Shown one piece after another: positions 36,710-47,156 of a stretch of DNA of 54,336 nt. This DNA comes from a virus. Taxonomy: Duplodnaviria > Caudoviricetes. The notes beneath the pieces are model-generated. The model saw only the letters and a list, made by a program, of their open reading frames with translations. It searched no databases and was not told the origin of the DNA. Position 1 is the first letter of the stretch. The number at the start of each line of letters is the position of its first letter. The stretch covers positions 1-54,336 of IMG/VR virus record IMGVR_UViG_3300005663_000054; one strand, 5' to 3'. The position numbers and the translations under genes are program-made.

Positions 36710-37224
36710 GTGATTTGGATGCTGGATTTCTGGAAGTCCTTGCAAGTTGTGAGGCTGCTGAGGGTGAGGTGGACTACACCGATGATGGGTGGATGCCCAA
36801 AGACGGTGAGTACACTGTACTCTTGGAGAAGTTTACCTTTGGTACTACGGATAAGGACGGGATTACCAACGCCCGTGCCAAGGCTATATTCCGCATTATT
36901 GGTACTGAGGAATTTGATGGTCGATCGTTTGGTGAATTCTTCTGGATGCCTGGACAAGCGAAGACCACCAGTATGGGTCAAGCCAACCTGCTGCGTCTAG
37001 GTACGTGCCTCTGCGGGCGTGACCTCTCGGTATCCGAAACGAGGGAAGCCGCCCAGCACATTGCCGATGCGGCAGCCTTTAAGGATGGTACCATCCTCAA
37101 CGTGCGTGTATTCACCACCACGTCGAAGAAAGACGGGAAGACCTACACTAATACCAGGTTCCTGGGCCTGGTAGATGACGCCGGTACCGATGCCGCCGTG
37201 GAAACTGAGGAGGCAACTGCGTAA
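36706..37224 (+). CDS. ssDNA-binding protein (DUF669-like)
   Basis: PKDGEY.V..; FDGR..; G..Y.N; acidic tail; follows the Sak4-like gene. Confidence 0.6.
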   Translation: MSDLDAGFLEVLASCEAAEGEVDYTDDGWMPKDGEYTVLLEKFTFGTTDKDGITNARAKAIFRIIGTEEFDGRSFGEFFWMPGQAKTTSMGQANLLRLGTCLCGRDLSVSETREAAQHIADAAAFKDGTILNVRVFTTTSKKDGKTYTNTRFLGLVDDAGTDAAVETEEATA

Positions 37225-37231
37225 GCAGTAA

Positions 37232-37277
37232 AGGATCGTATGGGAAACTGTGCCCGGTTCAACTCCGGGGCGATCCT
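37232..37277 (+). ncRNA. tRNA-like minihelix (acceptor + T-arm) in an intergenic spacer
   Basis: AGGATCGT/GCGATCCT stem, ATGG-GAAA-CTGT hairpin and CCCGG-TTCAACT-CCGGG T-arm. Confidence 0.5.
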
Positions 37278-37290
37278 GTGGAGGTAATGT

Positions 37291-37761
37291 ATGAAACCTG
37301 AACAAACAGTGTGCACCGCAAGCGTATGGCCTCACCGCCACACCGATGAGCTGACCGGCCCCCTGGACGTAGTAATCAGGTGCAAGAACCAGCCACCGGT
37401 AGTCCGTGACTGGCCTAAAGGCAAAGAGGTCCGAGTTAATTTGACACAGCCAGACGAACGCACTAACCTTACCGTACTCAATGTATCATTCAGGGCCGAC
37501 ATTTATCCGTGGTCCATCGTCAACCAGTGTCGTATCAAGAAAGACGGCAGCTTGAAGTTCTATCTAAAGTCCAGGATTACTCGACGCATGGAACACCCCA
37601 TCCCACGAGGTAGGTGGCAAGGAACCTGCCAGTACACAGACAAGTGGTGCATGTTTACCTTCCAAGCCATGACCATGAGCGTGACGCCCAAGGACGAACC
37701 TAAGATTGTGTTGCCGGACGAACCTCTCCCGGCTTCTAAGAGGAGGATTGTAATACCATGA
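37291..37761 (+). CDS. Hypothetical protein
   Basis: GGAGG RBS, 156 aa. Confidence 0.6.
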   Translation: MKPEQTVCTASVWPHRHTDELTGPLDVVIRCKNQPPVVRDWPKGKEVRVNLTQPDERTNLTVLNVSFRADIYPWSIVNQCRIKKDGSLKFYLKSRITRRMEHPIPRGRWQGTCQYTDKWCMFTFQAMTMSVTPKDEPKIVLPDEPLPASKRRIVIP

Positions 37762-37849
37762 ATATGATTTTGGTTGTAATGATAACCTTTGTAATTGTCC
37801 TATACGCGATCTTCCTAACCTACATTATTACAACAAGGAATGACTGACC

Positions 37850-38032
37850 ATGAGTCTAGTACCTACCATTCAAGAAGAGCCCAGGTATGATGACTTGTGC
37901 TGGCAGTGTGGATGTGAAGCGAGTAACTGTATCTGCCGGGAGAGCTTACCAGATGACTTCGATCCACTAGACGAAGATGGATATGACCCAGACTGGGATG
38001 ACTATGTAGATGACCTTTCTAACACAACGTGA
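37850..38032 (+). CDS. Small Cys-rich acidic protein
   Basis: CWQCGC..C.C followed by a D-rich tail. Confidence 0.5.
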   Translation: MSLVPTIQEEPRYDDLCWQCGCEASNCICRESLPDDFDPLDEDGYDPDWDDYVDDLSNTT

Positions 38033-38390
38033 AGCTATAGAACGAGGTATGTTTTTTACCACCTTAGATGTGGCATTAGCATGGGAGAAAGCAATGAGTA
38101 CCGAACGAGTTCAGGAAATGAGGCCGGTGGGCAAAAGAGTCCTACTAGAAAAGGACGATGCCCCTGAGACAAGTGAAGGGGGCATCCTACTCCCCTCCGA
38201 TTCACGAGAGCAACCCCTAGAGGCACGAGTACTTGCTATTGGAGATGCGGTAACCCTGGTATCTAAAGATGACATGGTAATCTTCCCGTCTTTTGCTGGC
38301 ACCACATTCTCCATAAGTAACCGAGAAGTCATTGTCCTAGATGAAGATGACATCATGCTAGTCCTACGAGAGGTGGTAGATGACGACTAA
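38010..38390 (+). CDS. groES: GroES co-chaperonin (probable start 38094)
   Basis: RPVGKRVL, mobile loop TSEGGILLP, VLAIG, AGT, LDEDDI. Confidence 0.9.
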   Translation: MTFLTQREAIERGMFFTTLDVALAWEKAMSTERVQEMRPVGKRVLLEKDDAPETSEGGILLPSDSREQPLEARVLAIGDAVTLVSKDDMVIFPSFAGTTFSISNREVIVLDEDDIMLVLREVVDDD

Positions 38391-38949
38391 GGAAATTATC
38401 TATAATCTCATTGGTGATTCCGGGAAGCATGGAATAACAGTACCAGAGTTCTTAGACCTCTTCCCAAACAGACTACCCCAGACGGTGTATCCTTGCTTCA
38501 CTCAGTTGTGTAAAGCAAAAAAGATTCTGGATAGCCGGGAGCGTCGTAAATCAAAAAACAACCGACGCTCTATAGTCTGGGTTGACGCTAAGTACGGGGG
38601 CACCATTCCGGTGTGGGGTAGTGGGCAGCCCAGCTACAGCTACAAGAACCGGGCGAAGGTCATCATGGACCTTCTGTCAGAGTATGGACCTCTTAGTGTA
38701 TCGGAAATGATGACTTCCTCTGATACCCTAAAACCTATGAGTACATCATCGTTGGTGTCCCGACTGGTCAAGCAGCAGTGGCTTCGGAAGACAAACCGAA
38801 CAAGGCTAAATAGAATCAACCAAACGTGCTGCCTGTATGACTTGACACCCAGAGGTAAGCAAGTAAGGGATAGTTCCCCCAAGAAGGACAAGGACCTACA
38901 CCTTCTTAGAGCCTCCTTGCGAACTGATACGGAGAAGACCCGTGGCTAG
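38380..38949 (+). CDS. Tandem winged-helix DNA-binding protein
   Basis: Two wHTH-like repeats (GITVPE..TVY..LCK; GPLSVSE..SSLVSRLVKQQWL..YDLTPRG). Confidence 0.6.
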   Translation: MTTKEIIYNLIGDSGKHGITVPEFLDLFPNRLPQTVYPCFTQLCKAKKILDSRERRKSKNNRRSIVWVDAKYGGTIPVWGSGQPSYSYKNRAKVIMDLLSEYGPLSVSEMMTSSDTLKPMSTSSLVSRLVKQQWLRKTNRTRLNRINQTCCLYDLTPRGKQVRDSSPKKDKDLHLLRASLRTDTEKTRG

Positions 38950-41900
38950 AAACCGAACTTGGAGTTGCTTGGTAAAGCCTGACGCCCCACCCGTTGAGGG
39001 TCAACTGTGTCAAACGGACCAGTCCGATAGCTCTGGCGAGCCGATGATTGCGGTCCGGGTCCACCAGAACGGAATTGTTCACGTACAGGCTTTGGTTCCC
39101 CAAGCAATGCTGGATCAATTCCTAGCAATGCTGGGCCGGACGCTCCCAGAGTTGCTGCAATCAACTGTACATATTGATCTCGTACCGGTCCAGGTGGAAG
39201 GGTCCGGACCAATTGCTCCAGCCTAGAGACTCGACGGCGTACCTGCATAGCCTCAACGTCCTGCTCGCTGACTGGTAGGGGAAACCCAAACTGTATCTGG
39301 AACCTCTCTGCAATGGAGTTGGCATCGGCCGCGTTATTATTTAGCCGGGCGTCCAGCCAGTCCTTTCTAATCCCCCTGATCTGGTCTCGCCCCTTAACGA
39401 GCATGGTCATCAGCTCTTCTTCGGCCAGTCGGTCACCGGACCTCACACCGAGGCCCATCTTCACCAGCTCCCACCGGCTAAAGTATCCCTTCAACGTACC
39501 CTGCCTGGTGTACACGGGTATGCGGCCGTCCGGGGCAGGATTCTTATAGTCGGCGTAAGACCGCCCCAGAGCCTTAGCGGCTCTCGCCCCCATATCACCC
39601 ACAACTCCCGGTGGGAGGAGCCCAGCGGTCCTTAGAATGCCTGTGCCACCCGGCACTAGAAGGGGTGTAGACCGCACCAGGGAAGAGAAGTCCCCCGTCG
39701 TAGCCCCCTGGAGGAGGCTCCCCACTATGCCAACGGCGGGCGGAACTATTGGGAACCCTCCGAAGGGACCCTCTGTCCGATTTTGGAACGTCGGTAGAGC
39801 ACCCCCCACTAGAGCATCCGAAGCGTCCACCCCCAGGTACCTGCCCAGCTCCAATGCCAGGATAGACCCAGCTATCATACGAGCAAAGGTTCCGGGGTTC
39901 TTTCCCATCACGTTCATCTTCTTGCCAGTCAACGGGTCCACGTCATTCACGCCCAGGTTAAAAGCGGTATGTGTAGCAAACTCCAAGAACCGGAGGGGGA
40001 ACTGTCCAAGCTGACGGACTAGCGGATTTGCACCCAACAAAAAGTAGGGAGTGTTCTGTGGACCTGTGAGGAACTGAGTCTCCTCTACTACCCGAGCCGC
40101 AAACTCACGGGCCTTATCTGCGGGCATCTTAGCCCGTCGTGCATGTATCAGAGCCCCCTCCCAGGTTGTGAGCCTCACCGCCGTCTCCGAGGCAGTGAAC
40201 AGGGACATCATGGACGCACTGATCTTCTTCTGGAAATTCATCACCTTGCCGGGAGCCAGTGACTGCACGTTGACTATGTTCTGAAGAGAACTCTCCAAGG
40301 CCTCATCTGTCAAAGGAGCTGACGCCACCCCGGACTTACCAAAGGACGGATAGGCAAATCGTATAGCATCCGAGTGGCTCATCTTCTTAGGCCCAAAGCG
40401 ACCTGCAAAGTACTTGTGAGACTTCCTCATAGCTACAACCATACCCTGAGCTGTCGTCACTTCTCCCAAGACAGAGGCTGTCGTAAGTTGCAACTGGAAC
40501 ATATTTTTAAGGGCAGACGCAGGGTTTAACCCAAGAGTAGAGAGATAGAAGTAGCCAGCCGCCTTCTGACTTACATTAACATAGGAAAATGCACCACGGG
40601 TATTGACAAGATGCTTATGCAGAGTATTTGTCATACTCGCACCAAGAACACTTACCACCTTGGGAGTTTTTACCCACTCCGCAAGCTGGTACATATTCTG
40701 CTCCCAGGCCTGGGCCTTCAGAGCATTCTTAAATGTACCACGACCCAGGGCCAGGGGGATGTAGGTGTTCTCCAACATCTCCGCACGCATCTTTGCGTAG
40801 GGGGCACCCATACGGCCCGCTTTGCCAAGCTCTTTCAGGCTACGAAGGTGATCCATCATTTTCGCACCCCCACCTTTGATGGTCCACCCATAAGTACTAC
40901 CCATAGTCTGAGCGTAGCTATTCATTGTAGTCATTAGCTTTAGGGTGTACTGCTTGGGAGCAGCCTCGGCGAGAGTACTCTGAAACGCCAGCCCCTCCTT
41001 ATGGCTCATTATAGCTGGGTAGCGTTCCTTAATCTGGTCAAACGTAGCAGACTCCAACTTCCTAAGTACCGGCTGACTAAGGGTGCCTTCCGCTCTTGCC
41101 ACAGCCAACACCTTAAACTTCGATGCCTCCTTGAGTTTATTCAAAGAGGCTGTATCCACCAGCCCATGCTTGGCAAGCTCATCTAGCTCGGGAAGACTGG
41201 GCATCATAGCATTGTGACGACGGTAGGCCTCGGGACCCAACCACCTCTCCGCTTTTCTCCCGGCTTGCCTAGCAAATGCCTTTCCACTAGAGGAGTCCGT
41301 CATGGCCTTCATCATAGCCTGAAAGTCTTCCTCTGTCCGGAGCAATCTATGGGGATAGTAGAACTCTATCCTCTTTGGATCATTCAAGTACTCAGCCCAT
41401 GTCTCCGTAAGTTCATCCATCTGTCCGGACCCACGAAGCCGTGCCATTGTCTTCATAATCTGCTTGCGGTTCTTTTGATCCCCAAAGGACTCATTGTACA
41501 TGTCATTCAGGACGCCCCTCATTCCCTCCCCAAATCGTTTAAGCTGAGGGGTCATCTTAGCCTCAAGGGTAGGCATCAACGTCCCTACGCTGGGTAGTTC
41601 TACACGAGACGCCCCCTTACCCAGCATAATTACCCCATTCTTTCCCTCCCATCCTCGGAGAGGACGATGCAACCCATCAAGCCAAGCCGACACCATGAGC
41701 TGTTCTTTGTGGGTAGGCAGTGCCCCCGTACTAGCTCGGTACTGCCTAAGAAGCGTCGACATCTTTCCATTATACCGATCGCGGAAGTCTCGTATGTCAT
41801 GTATGACCCTACCATAGTCTTCAAACACCCCCGTACCCCGGTAGATAGCAGGCATTGAAGCCAGCCTCCCCATGATCGGGAACCTCTTAACCATAGCCTC

Positions 41901-42194
41901 AACCGCATTCGTTACCTTAAACATGTTCTTGGCATTAGGAACTGGAAACTTGTAACTTAGAGCCAGAGTAATTATGAGAGCAGGATTTGTTAGAAGCCGA
42001 AAGACGTTGGCCCAGGGTCCTTTGTCCAGACCATACTCTTTAAGAAAAGCATCCCTCTGTTTGATGGACAGGTCTTGGGGCGTAAACATAGCCTGGAATG
42101 CTCCAGGCAAATCGCCCATGATCGTATTCTGTAGAGCCTGACCGGGGCGTTCTAGTGCCCCGATCTGTGAGGTAAGCGGACGTGTTTCAGGCAT
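38946..42194 (-). CDS. Large internal virion / DNA ejection protein
   Basis: 1082 aa, helical; LGLNPASALKN and A..V.ETQF..G..P..GQF motifs typical of podoviral inner-core proteins. Confidence 0.65.
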   Translation of the reverse strand: MPETRPLTSQIGALERPGQALQNTIMGDLPGAFQAMFTPQDLSIKQRDAFLKEYGLDKGPWANVFRLLTNPALIITLALSYKFPVPNAKNMFKVTNAVEAMVKRFPIMGRLASMPAIYRGTGVFEDYGRVIHDIRDFRDRYNGKMSTLLRQYRASTGALPTHKEQLMVSAWLDGLHRPLRGWEGKNGVIMLGKGASRVELPSVGTLMPTLEAKMTPQLKRFGEGMRGVLNDMYNESFGDQKNRKQIMKTMARLRGSGQMDELTETWAEYLNDPKRIEFYYPHRLLRTEEDFQAMMKAMTDSSSGKAFARQAGRKAERWLGPEAYRRHNAMMPSLPELDELAKHGLVDTASLNKLKEASKFKVLAVARAEGTLSQPVLRKLESATFDQIKERYPAIMSHKEGLAFQSTLAEAAPKQYTLKLMTTMNSYAQTMGSTYGWTIKGGGAKMMDHLRSLKELGKAGRMGAPYAKMRAEMLENTYIPLALGRGTFKNALKAQAWEQNMYQLAEWVKTPKVVSVLGASMTNTLHKHLVNTRGAFSYVNVSQKAAGYFYLSTLGLNPASALKNMFQLQLTTASVLGEVTTAQGMVVAMRKSHKYFAGRFGPKKMSHSDAIRFAYPSFGKSGVASAPLTDEALESSLQNIVNVQSLAPGKVMNFQKKISASMMSLFTASETAVRLTTWEGALIHARRAKMPADKAREFAARVVEETQFLTGPQNTPYFLLGANPLVRQLGQFPLRFLEFATHTAFNLGVNDVDPLTGKKMNVMGKNPGTFARMIAGSILALELGRYLGVDASDALVGGALPTFQNRTEGPFGGFPIVPPAVGIVGSLLQGATTGDFSSLVRSTPLLVPGGTGILRTAGLLPPGVVGDMGARAAKALGRSYADYKNPAPDGRIPVYTRQGTLKGYFSRWELVKMGLGVRSGDRLAEEELMTMLVKGRDQIRGIRKDWLDARLNNNAADANSIAERFQIQFGFPLPVSEQDVEAMQVRRRVSRLEQLVRTLPPGPVRDQYVQLIAATLGASGPALLGIDPALLGEPKPVREQFRSGGPGPQSSARQSYRTGPFDTVDPQRVGRQALPSNSKFGF

Positions 42195-42203
42195 GTCTCC
42201 CCC

Positions 42204-43400
42204 TTACGTGCCACGCATTTGACCGAGCAACCGATCCAACATCTCCGACATCTCTTCATCAGATGGGCCTTGCTGGCCCACATTCATACCAAATCCAGCC
42301 TCACTATTAGTAAGTGCCTTGTTAGGTGAACCCCCCAACGCCTTAATAATCTGTTGCATTAGCTCAGGCTCGGAACCTAACGCGGCACGCCTCGCCTTCA
42401 GGTCCGCTCTCCTATCTAGCATGTCATACATAAGTTCATGGGATACCGACGCCGTACCCCCACGCCTACTAGCTTCTAATGCGGCTCGTGCTCTCTTGGA
42501 CTTACCATACAGAGCGTCATACGCCTCGTGGGCTAGAAGGCCCCCGCCCGCCACAACTCCCAGCCCGCCCAAACCACGGGCCAGCTTAGCACCACGTCCC
42601 AAACCTTTGGCCCCGGCCTTGGTTAGCTTCCCCAGAGTTCCCTCCTCGGCCACAGTCAACCCCTTGGTTGCACTCACCGCAGACTCTTTAACACTAAGTG
42701 CCGCCGCCTTGCCCTTACCAACTACCCCCTTGGCATCACCCATCCTCTCAGAGAGTTTGTTGCGGGCCATACCCTCCAGCTCGTCTATCTGAGCACGTAC
42801 ACCCTTGTCAAGATTTTGTGTTGGTCCCCCAGCAAGAAGTTTACTTAGTCCAGGATCACCCTTAGTAGCCCACCTCAGCAGCCGACGAGCCCCCGATTCC
42901 TTCGTCGCTATGTCATACACCCGAGCCACACTCGTGGGTCCTGCCTTGAAGAGACCTTCTGGACCCATCCTCTTCATCGCATCTTGCATAGAAGCCGGGA
43001 GAGATTGTGCGGCCCTCAAAGTAGTCCTATACGCACTCTTTATCTCCTCGGGGGTAGCCCCACCAGGTTTAATTTTTCGCAGACTCTTCAAGAGATTCGT
43101 GAAGTGTGCCTGCTTCCTCGATCCGCCCGCTGCCTTTAGGATGGCCTTGGGAATTCGATTAGGGGACATACTAAGTACCTTCTCCCCCATCTCTCCCTCC
43201 AGCATACGCAATAGAGACTTAGAGGCACCACCCTGCTTCAACAAAATACGTAATGTCTCTGCCCTCTCCGCAGCCGTAGCTCCCACTCTCCACTGCTGTG
43301 ACATGCGGTGCATGATTTCAATGGGAGATAGTTCGGCGACGGCACCTGCTTCGGCACCCAACTCTGCCACTCCCCCTATCAGTTTCAAGTCTGGCGGCAT
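42204..43400 (-). CDS. Internal virion protein (Gly/Ala-rich)
   Basis: Gly-rich amphipathic segment; position in the ejection module. Confidence 0.55.
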   Translation of the reverse strand: MPPDLKLIGGVAELGAEAGAVAELSPIEIMHRMSQQWRVGATAAERAETLRILLKQGGASKSLLRMLEGEMGEKVLSMSPNRIPKAILKAAGGSRKQAHFTNLLKSLRKIKPGGATPEEIKSAYRTTLRAAQSLPASMQDAMKRMGPEGLFKAGPTSVARVYDIATKESGARRLLRWATKGDPGLSKLLAGGPTQNLDKGVRAQIDELEGMARNKLSERMGDAKGVVGKGKAAALSVKESAVSATKGLTVAEEGTLGKLTKAGAKGLGRGAKLARGLGGLGVVAGGGLLAHEAYDALYGKSKRARAALEASRRGGTASVSHELMYDMLDRRADLKARRAALGSEPELMQQIIKALGGSPNKALTNSEAGFGMNVGQQGPSDEEMSEMLDRLLGQMRGT

Positions 43401-43401
43401 A

Positions 43402-43815
43402 TTACTGTTTCATCCTTTTTGGTGAACGACCGAAGGCCACCTGGCTGACAGACGAATAGTCCCCCGCATTAGTTGGACTCAGCCTACGCCCCAAGTCCTC
43501 CGGGGTAGTACCAAGCTGGTCAGATACGGACTGCAACAGGTCTCGTCCCGTAGTAACCCTCCGTCCCAGATTGACCTCTCCCATCTCAGAGTTTATGTCG
43601 GACAGTTCACGCTTCAAGAAACCCTGTGACTCCTCGGCCATAGACAACCTCTGCCCGGCCCTGTTCATGGGCATCTGCTGCTGAAGACCGCTAAGTGATT
43701 GGTGCTTGGCAACCGAGTCGGCCACATCCCCTTCGGGGTCCCCGCCCAGTTGGCCAATAAGATTAGACACCGCCAAGTATGCCACATAAGAAAGTACAAA
43801 TGTTGCTATTGCCAT
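43402..43815 (-). CDS. Internal virion/pilot protein with N-terminal hydrophobic helix
   Basis: 137 aa; in operon. Confidence 0.5.
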   Translation of the reverse strand: MAIATFVLSYVAYLAVSNLIGQLGGDPEGDVADSVAKHQSLSGLQQQMPMNRAGQRLSMAEESQGFLKRELSDINSEMGEVNLGRRVTTGRDLLQSVSDQLGTTPEDLGRRLSPTNAGDYSSVSQVAFGRSPKRMKQ

Positions 43816-43818
43816 AAC

Positions 43819-45984
43819 TTAACCTCCAAGGGATGGAGCAGCACTGCCTGCTGGACCTTCATCCCCCACTGGTGCCGGGCGAGCCGGTGCCCCTTGCTGT
43901 GGTACAGCCCCATTTGCTCGTCCTTCTCTATCCCGTTTCATTTTAGCTGCCAACTTTTCACGATTGCTTCGAGAGTCCCCTATGTAACCATCCAAAATCG
44001 GTTGATAACCACCAAAATTAGAACCAGACACCGGGGGTAGTGTTCTCTCCCGTAAGGCAAGATCGGCTGAGTATATAGCCGCTATAAACTCAGGATTAGT
44101 AGATACACCCGCCCCCAGTTCCCCAATAGCCTGATAGGGAGTAAGTCGTCGGGCCATCTTCATACTTTCCCTTGGCATACTAAATTCGTCCTCGTCCGGC
44201 AGTGCATCCTCTTTATCTAAGTAGTCCCCATACCCCTTTGCGTCGGTGGCAGAGATACCCTTGGCCCTCGCATCGAATGACCGCCCTTCTTCCTTTTCCA
44301 ACTCGTCAGACATGAGTGCCGCAACAGAACCGTCTACGTACCGATTAGTATAGCCCCCCGTCATCGTATGTGTTTCCATGATGGGCTGACTCTCAACCAC
44401 ATCCAGATACTTCATAGCCTTCTGCTTGACCAATTTAAGAAGCCTGTTTACACCGTCGTGCATTTCAGCTTGTGACTTTACGTCCAGACGACCACCTCTG
44501 GTAGTAATAGGCTGCAACAGCTCCCCCCTCTGAACATCCCCCGGCACCATTGCTAATGCTCGAAGAAGGTTTGTCTTGCCGGGAGACTCGGGCATATCGT
44601 AGATGGTCTTAGCAAGACTCATTGACATGGGTACCCCGCCCTTTGTTGCAGCCAGAGTCATCCCCAAAGCCTGGTCTTCAATGTGTCGTAGTGCAGCACG
44701 CATGTGAAGACCCCGGTAGGCTTCAACCGGCACGTCCAGTTTACTATCAGGACCATCGCCTCCGAGTAACTCATTCAAAACCTTCAAGGAATCCTCACTA
44801 CCCGGACCCACCATAGAAAGCCACATAGACTCAAATATCTTAGTGGCCATAACATCCATCATATCACCGGACTTTACTCCATATTTTAAGATGGTAGATT
44901 CTGCTAGGGTATCGGGACTTAATTTCCCGGTACCAAGATCATTGATGAATCCAGTAAGACCATAGTAGGCACCCTCGGTAGCGGACGGTGCCATATTATC
45001 ATAAGCCTTAGTGGAAAACTCAACCATCTTATCGTGCTCTTCCTTCATGTCCTTGAAGTTCTCTAGCCTTGCATACTGATAATCGTCTCGGAATTTCTTG
45101 TGCTTGACCACAGCAAGGAACTGTTCGTCTTCCAAGAAGGCCATGGTACTCATAAGATCAATCGGATTGAAACCACGATACTTTTGCAAGGCTGGATCAT
45201 CTGGGTCTCGGCCATAGAGCCCTCCCGGCGGATAACCCCCCGTGTGATATAGCTCCTCCACTTCCTCTTTAGTCCAAGACATCCCAGCCATTGCCTTAGC
45301 AGGACTTAGTCCCGCCAGTTCACGAAGATCAGCATGGGGCTCTCCACGTTCAATCTGCTCCAACACTCGGGACAGCTTCTCAGTCACTTCCCCTGAAATG
45401 GTAGCCCGGTAATCTTGTTCGTGAAACAGTTCTGCTACACGTAACTGGCTAGTCATTTCCTCAAGCCTATCCATGCCCCCCGGAGTATTGGTCCAGTAGT
45501 CAACCAATCGTGGGTCATGGAGCATCTGCCTCATCCCCCGGATACGATCTCCAAACTCTACTCGGTTTGTGTCCATACGCTTCAAAAAGTCTCGTGTGGC
45601 ATTCGTCTGCTCCGCTACACGAGTCTGAGTAGCCGTAAAGTCTTTGGCCATGTCTTTCTGGAGGTTGGCAGTCCATTTTTGGTGCCTCTCTCCATACTCA
45701 CGATCCTTCATCTTCTCCTGCATGTTCTCTTCACGAACTTGCTTTTCATCCTCACGTGCCACGACCTGATTCATAGACTGAGTCATCTGTGCAGCGTTCA
45801 TGGAAGATTCTTGTGCTTGAGCCTCAGACAGCTTTGTAAAGTTGTCCATCATCTTCTTCTGGGCCTGGTTCTGGTCGGTAATGAAGTTACCAATAGCAAT
45901 ACTGGCTGCAGACGCACCACCACCGCCGCCCCCTCTGGACCTATTGGACTGCATAACCGGAATTGGTGTTGGTTGTCGTGGCAT
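43819..45984 (-). CDS. Internal virion protein
   Basis: 721 aa, helical, Met/Gln-rich N-terminus. Confidence 0.55.
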   Translation of the reverse strand: MPRQPTPIPVMQSNRSRGGGGGGASAASIAIGNFITDQNQAQKKMMDNFTKLSEAQAQESSMNAAQMTQSMNQVVAREDEKQVREENMQEKMKDREYGERHQKWTANLQKDMAKDFTATQTRVAEQTNATRDFLKRMDTNRVEFGDRIRGMRQMLHDPRLVDYWTNTPGGMDRLEEMTSQLRVAELFHEQDYRATISGEVTEKLSRVLEQIERGEPHADLRELAGLSPAKAMAGMSWTKEEVEELYHTGGYPPGGLYGRDPDDPALQKYRGFNPIDLMSTMAFLEDEQFLAVVKHKKFRDDYQYARLENFKDMKEEHDKMVEFSTKAYDNMAPSATEGAYYGLTGFINDLGTGKLSPDTLAESTILKYGVKSGDMMDVMATKIFESMWLSMVGPGSEDSLKVLNELLGGDGPDSKLDVPVEAYRGLHMRAALRHIEDQALGMTLAATKGGVPMSMSLAKTIYDMPESPGKTNLLRALAMVPGDVQRGELLQPITTRGGRLDVKSQAEMHDGVNRLLKLVKQKAMKYLDVVESQPIMETHTMTGGYTNRYVDGSVAALMSDELEKEEGRSFDARAKGISATDAKGYGDYLDKEDALPDEDEFSMPRESMKMARRLTPYQAIGELGAGVSTNPEFIAAIYSADLALRERTLPPVSGSNFGGYQPILDGYIGDSRSNREKLAAKMKRDREGRANGAVPQQGAPARPAPVGDEGPAGSAAPSLGG

Positions 45985-45999
45985 AATTTAGTACCTCTA

Positions 46000-47139
46000 T
46001 TACCCTAAGACTACCCCTAAAACGGTACCCATCATATTGATGAAGTTGTCTCTTTCAACCTGTTCCATGTTCTCCATCAATATCCCCATTTGCTGCTTGA
46101 ACTCATCACTCTGGATGTACATTCGTGCTAGGTCCGTCCGGGCCGTAAGATCATTCATGGCATAGCCATAATCAGATATATGTGTATCCTGCGTGTACTC
46201 CATCATGGCAAGGTTGTTTTGAGCCCCAGAATTCACGAATGCCCCCCGAGCAGCAGCATTTGCGGATAGTATAGCATTCCTATCGGCTGTTGCAGTGGCC
46301 CCGATCTTAGTCAATTCTGCATTTATGCCAGCCTTAGCCACATTGGCCTGACCAAAGGCCCCAGCAGCCGCTTCTCCGAAACTCCCCTTCGTCGAAGCAA
46401 ACTGATTCTCCATTGAGGTAAACATATTCCCGAAAGCCGTACCTACATCAGCCTGAGTCTTCGTAAACAGATGGGCCGTCTGCCCCACTGCCGCACTGAG
46501 CTGCATGGATGCACCCATCTTGATCTTTGCCTTCATGGCCGTAGCCTGCGATGGACTAAGAATCCCCTGCTGAACCTGGGCATCAATGTCTGACATCTGC
46601 TGCCGAGTTGCTCCATGTATACTAGACACGGCCGCATCCATGGCCCCAGCTCGGCCGTCCATGACTTTAGAGAGTGCGTCCTCACGCTGACCAGAGAGCC
46701 CAGTTCGGGCCGAATCCATAACGGCATCTAACTTTACCTCCTGCTCGGCAAACTCGGCCTTAACATCCCCAGGGAGATCATCAGCCTTATCCCGGTCAAG
46801 TACAATCTGCTTCTCGGTATTCTCAAGACCCTCTTGTGCAGCATAGTCAGATATGTCAAACTTGAGCCCCGCCTTGACCTGTGTCGTCCGCTGATCGGTC
46901 TCTTGAAGCCTAGCCCTATCCAGGTTCTCCTCCTGAACAGTTTCCTCGCCCTCAAAGTTCTCCTCACCGGACGTTTCAAGCTCGTCGGTGGCGACCGCTA
47001 CCTCATCAATTCTATCTTCAGGAGTAGGCCCTTCCTCGTCCTCGGGAGCAGGGTCTCTAGCAGCCGGGTCCCACTGATCGCCCGTTACCTTATCCCACCA
47101 CTCAAGTCCTGGAGCTTTTCCACTTGGATTGTATGCCAT
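46000..47139 (-). CDS. Internal virion/DNA injection protein
   Basis: Ala/Gln-rich coiled coil with a hydrophobic C-terminal end. Confidence 0.55.
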   Translation of the reverse strand: MAYNPSGKAPGLEWWDKVTGDQWDPAARDPAPEDEEGPTPEDRIDEVAVATDELETSGEENFEGEETVQEENLDRARLQETDQRTTQVKAGLKFDISDYAAQEGLENTEKQIVLDRDKADDLPGDVKAEFAEQEVKLDAVMDSARTGLSGQREDALSKVMDGRAGAMDAAVSSIHGATRQQMSDIDAQVQQGILSPSQATAMKAKIKMGASMQLSAAVGQTAHLFTKTQADVGTAFGNMFTSMENQFASTKGSFGEAAAGAFGQANVAKAGINAELTKIGATATADRNAILSANAAARGAFVNSGAQNNLAMMEYTQDTHISDYGYAMNDLTARTDLARMYIQSDEFKQQMGILMENMEQVERDNFINMMGTVLGVVLG

Positions 47140-47156
47140 AGATATTCTCTCAGCCT

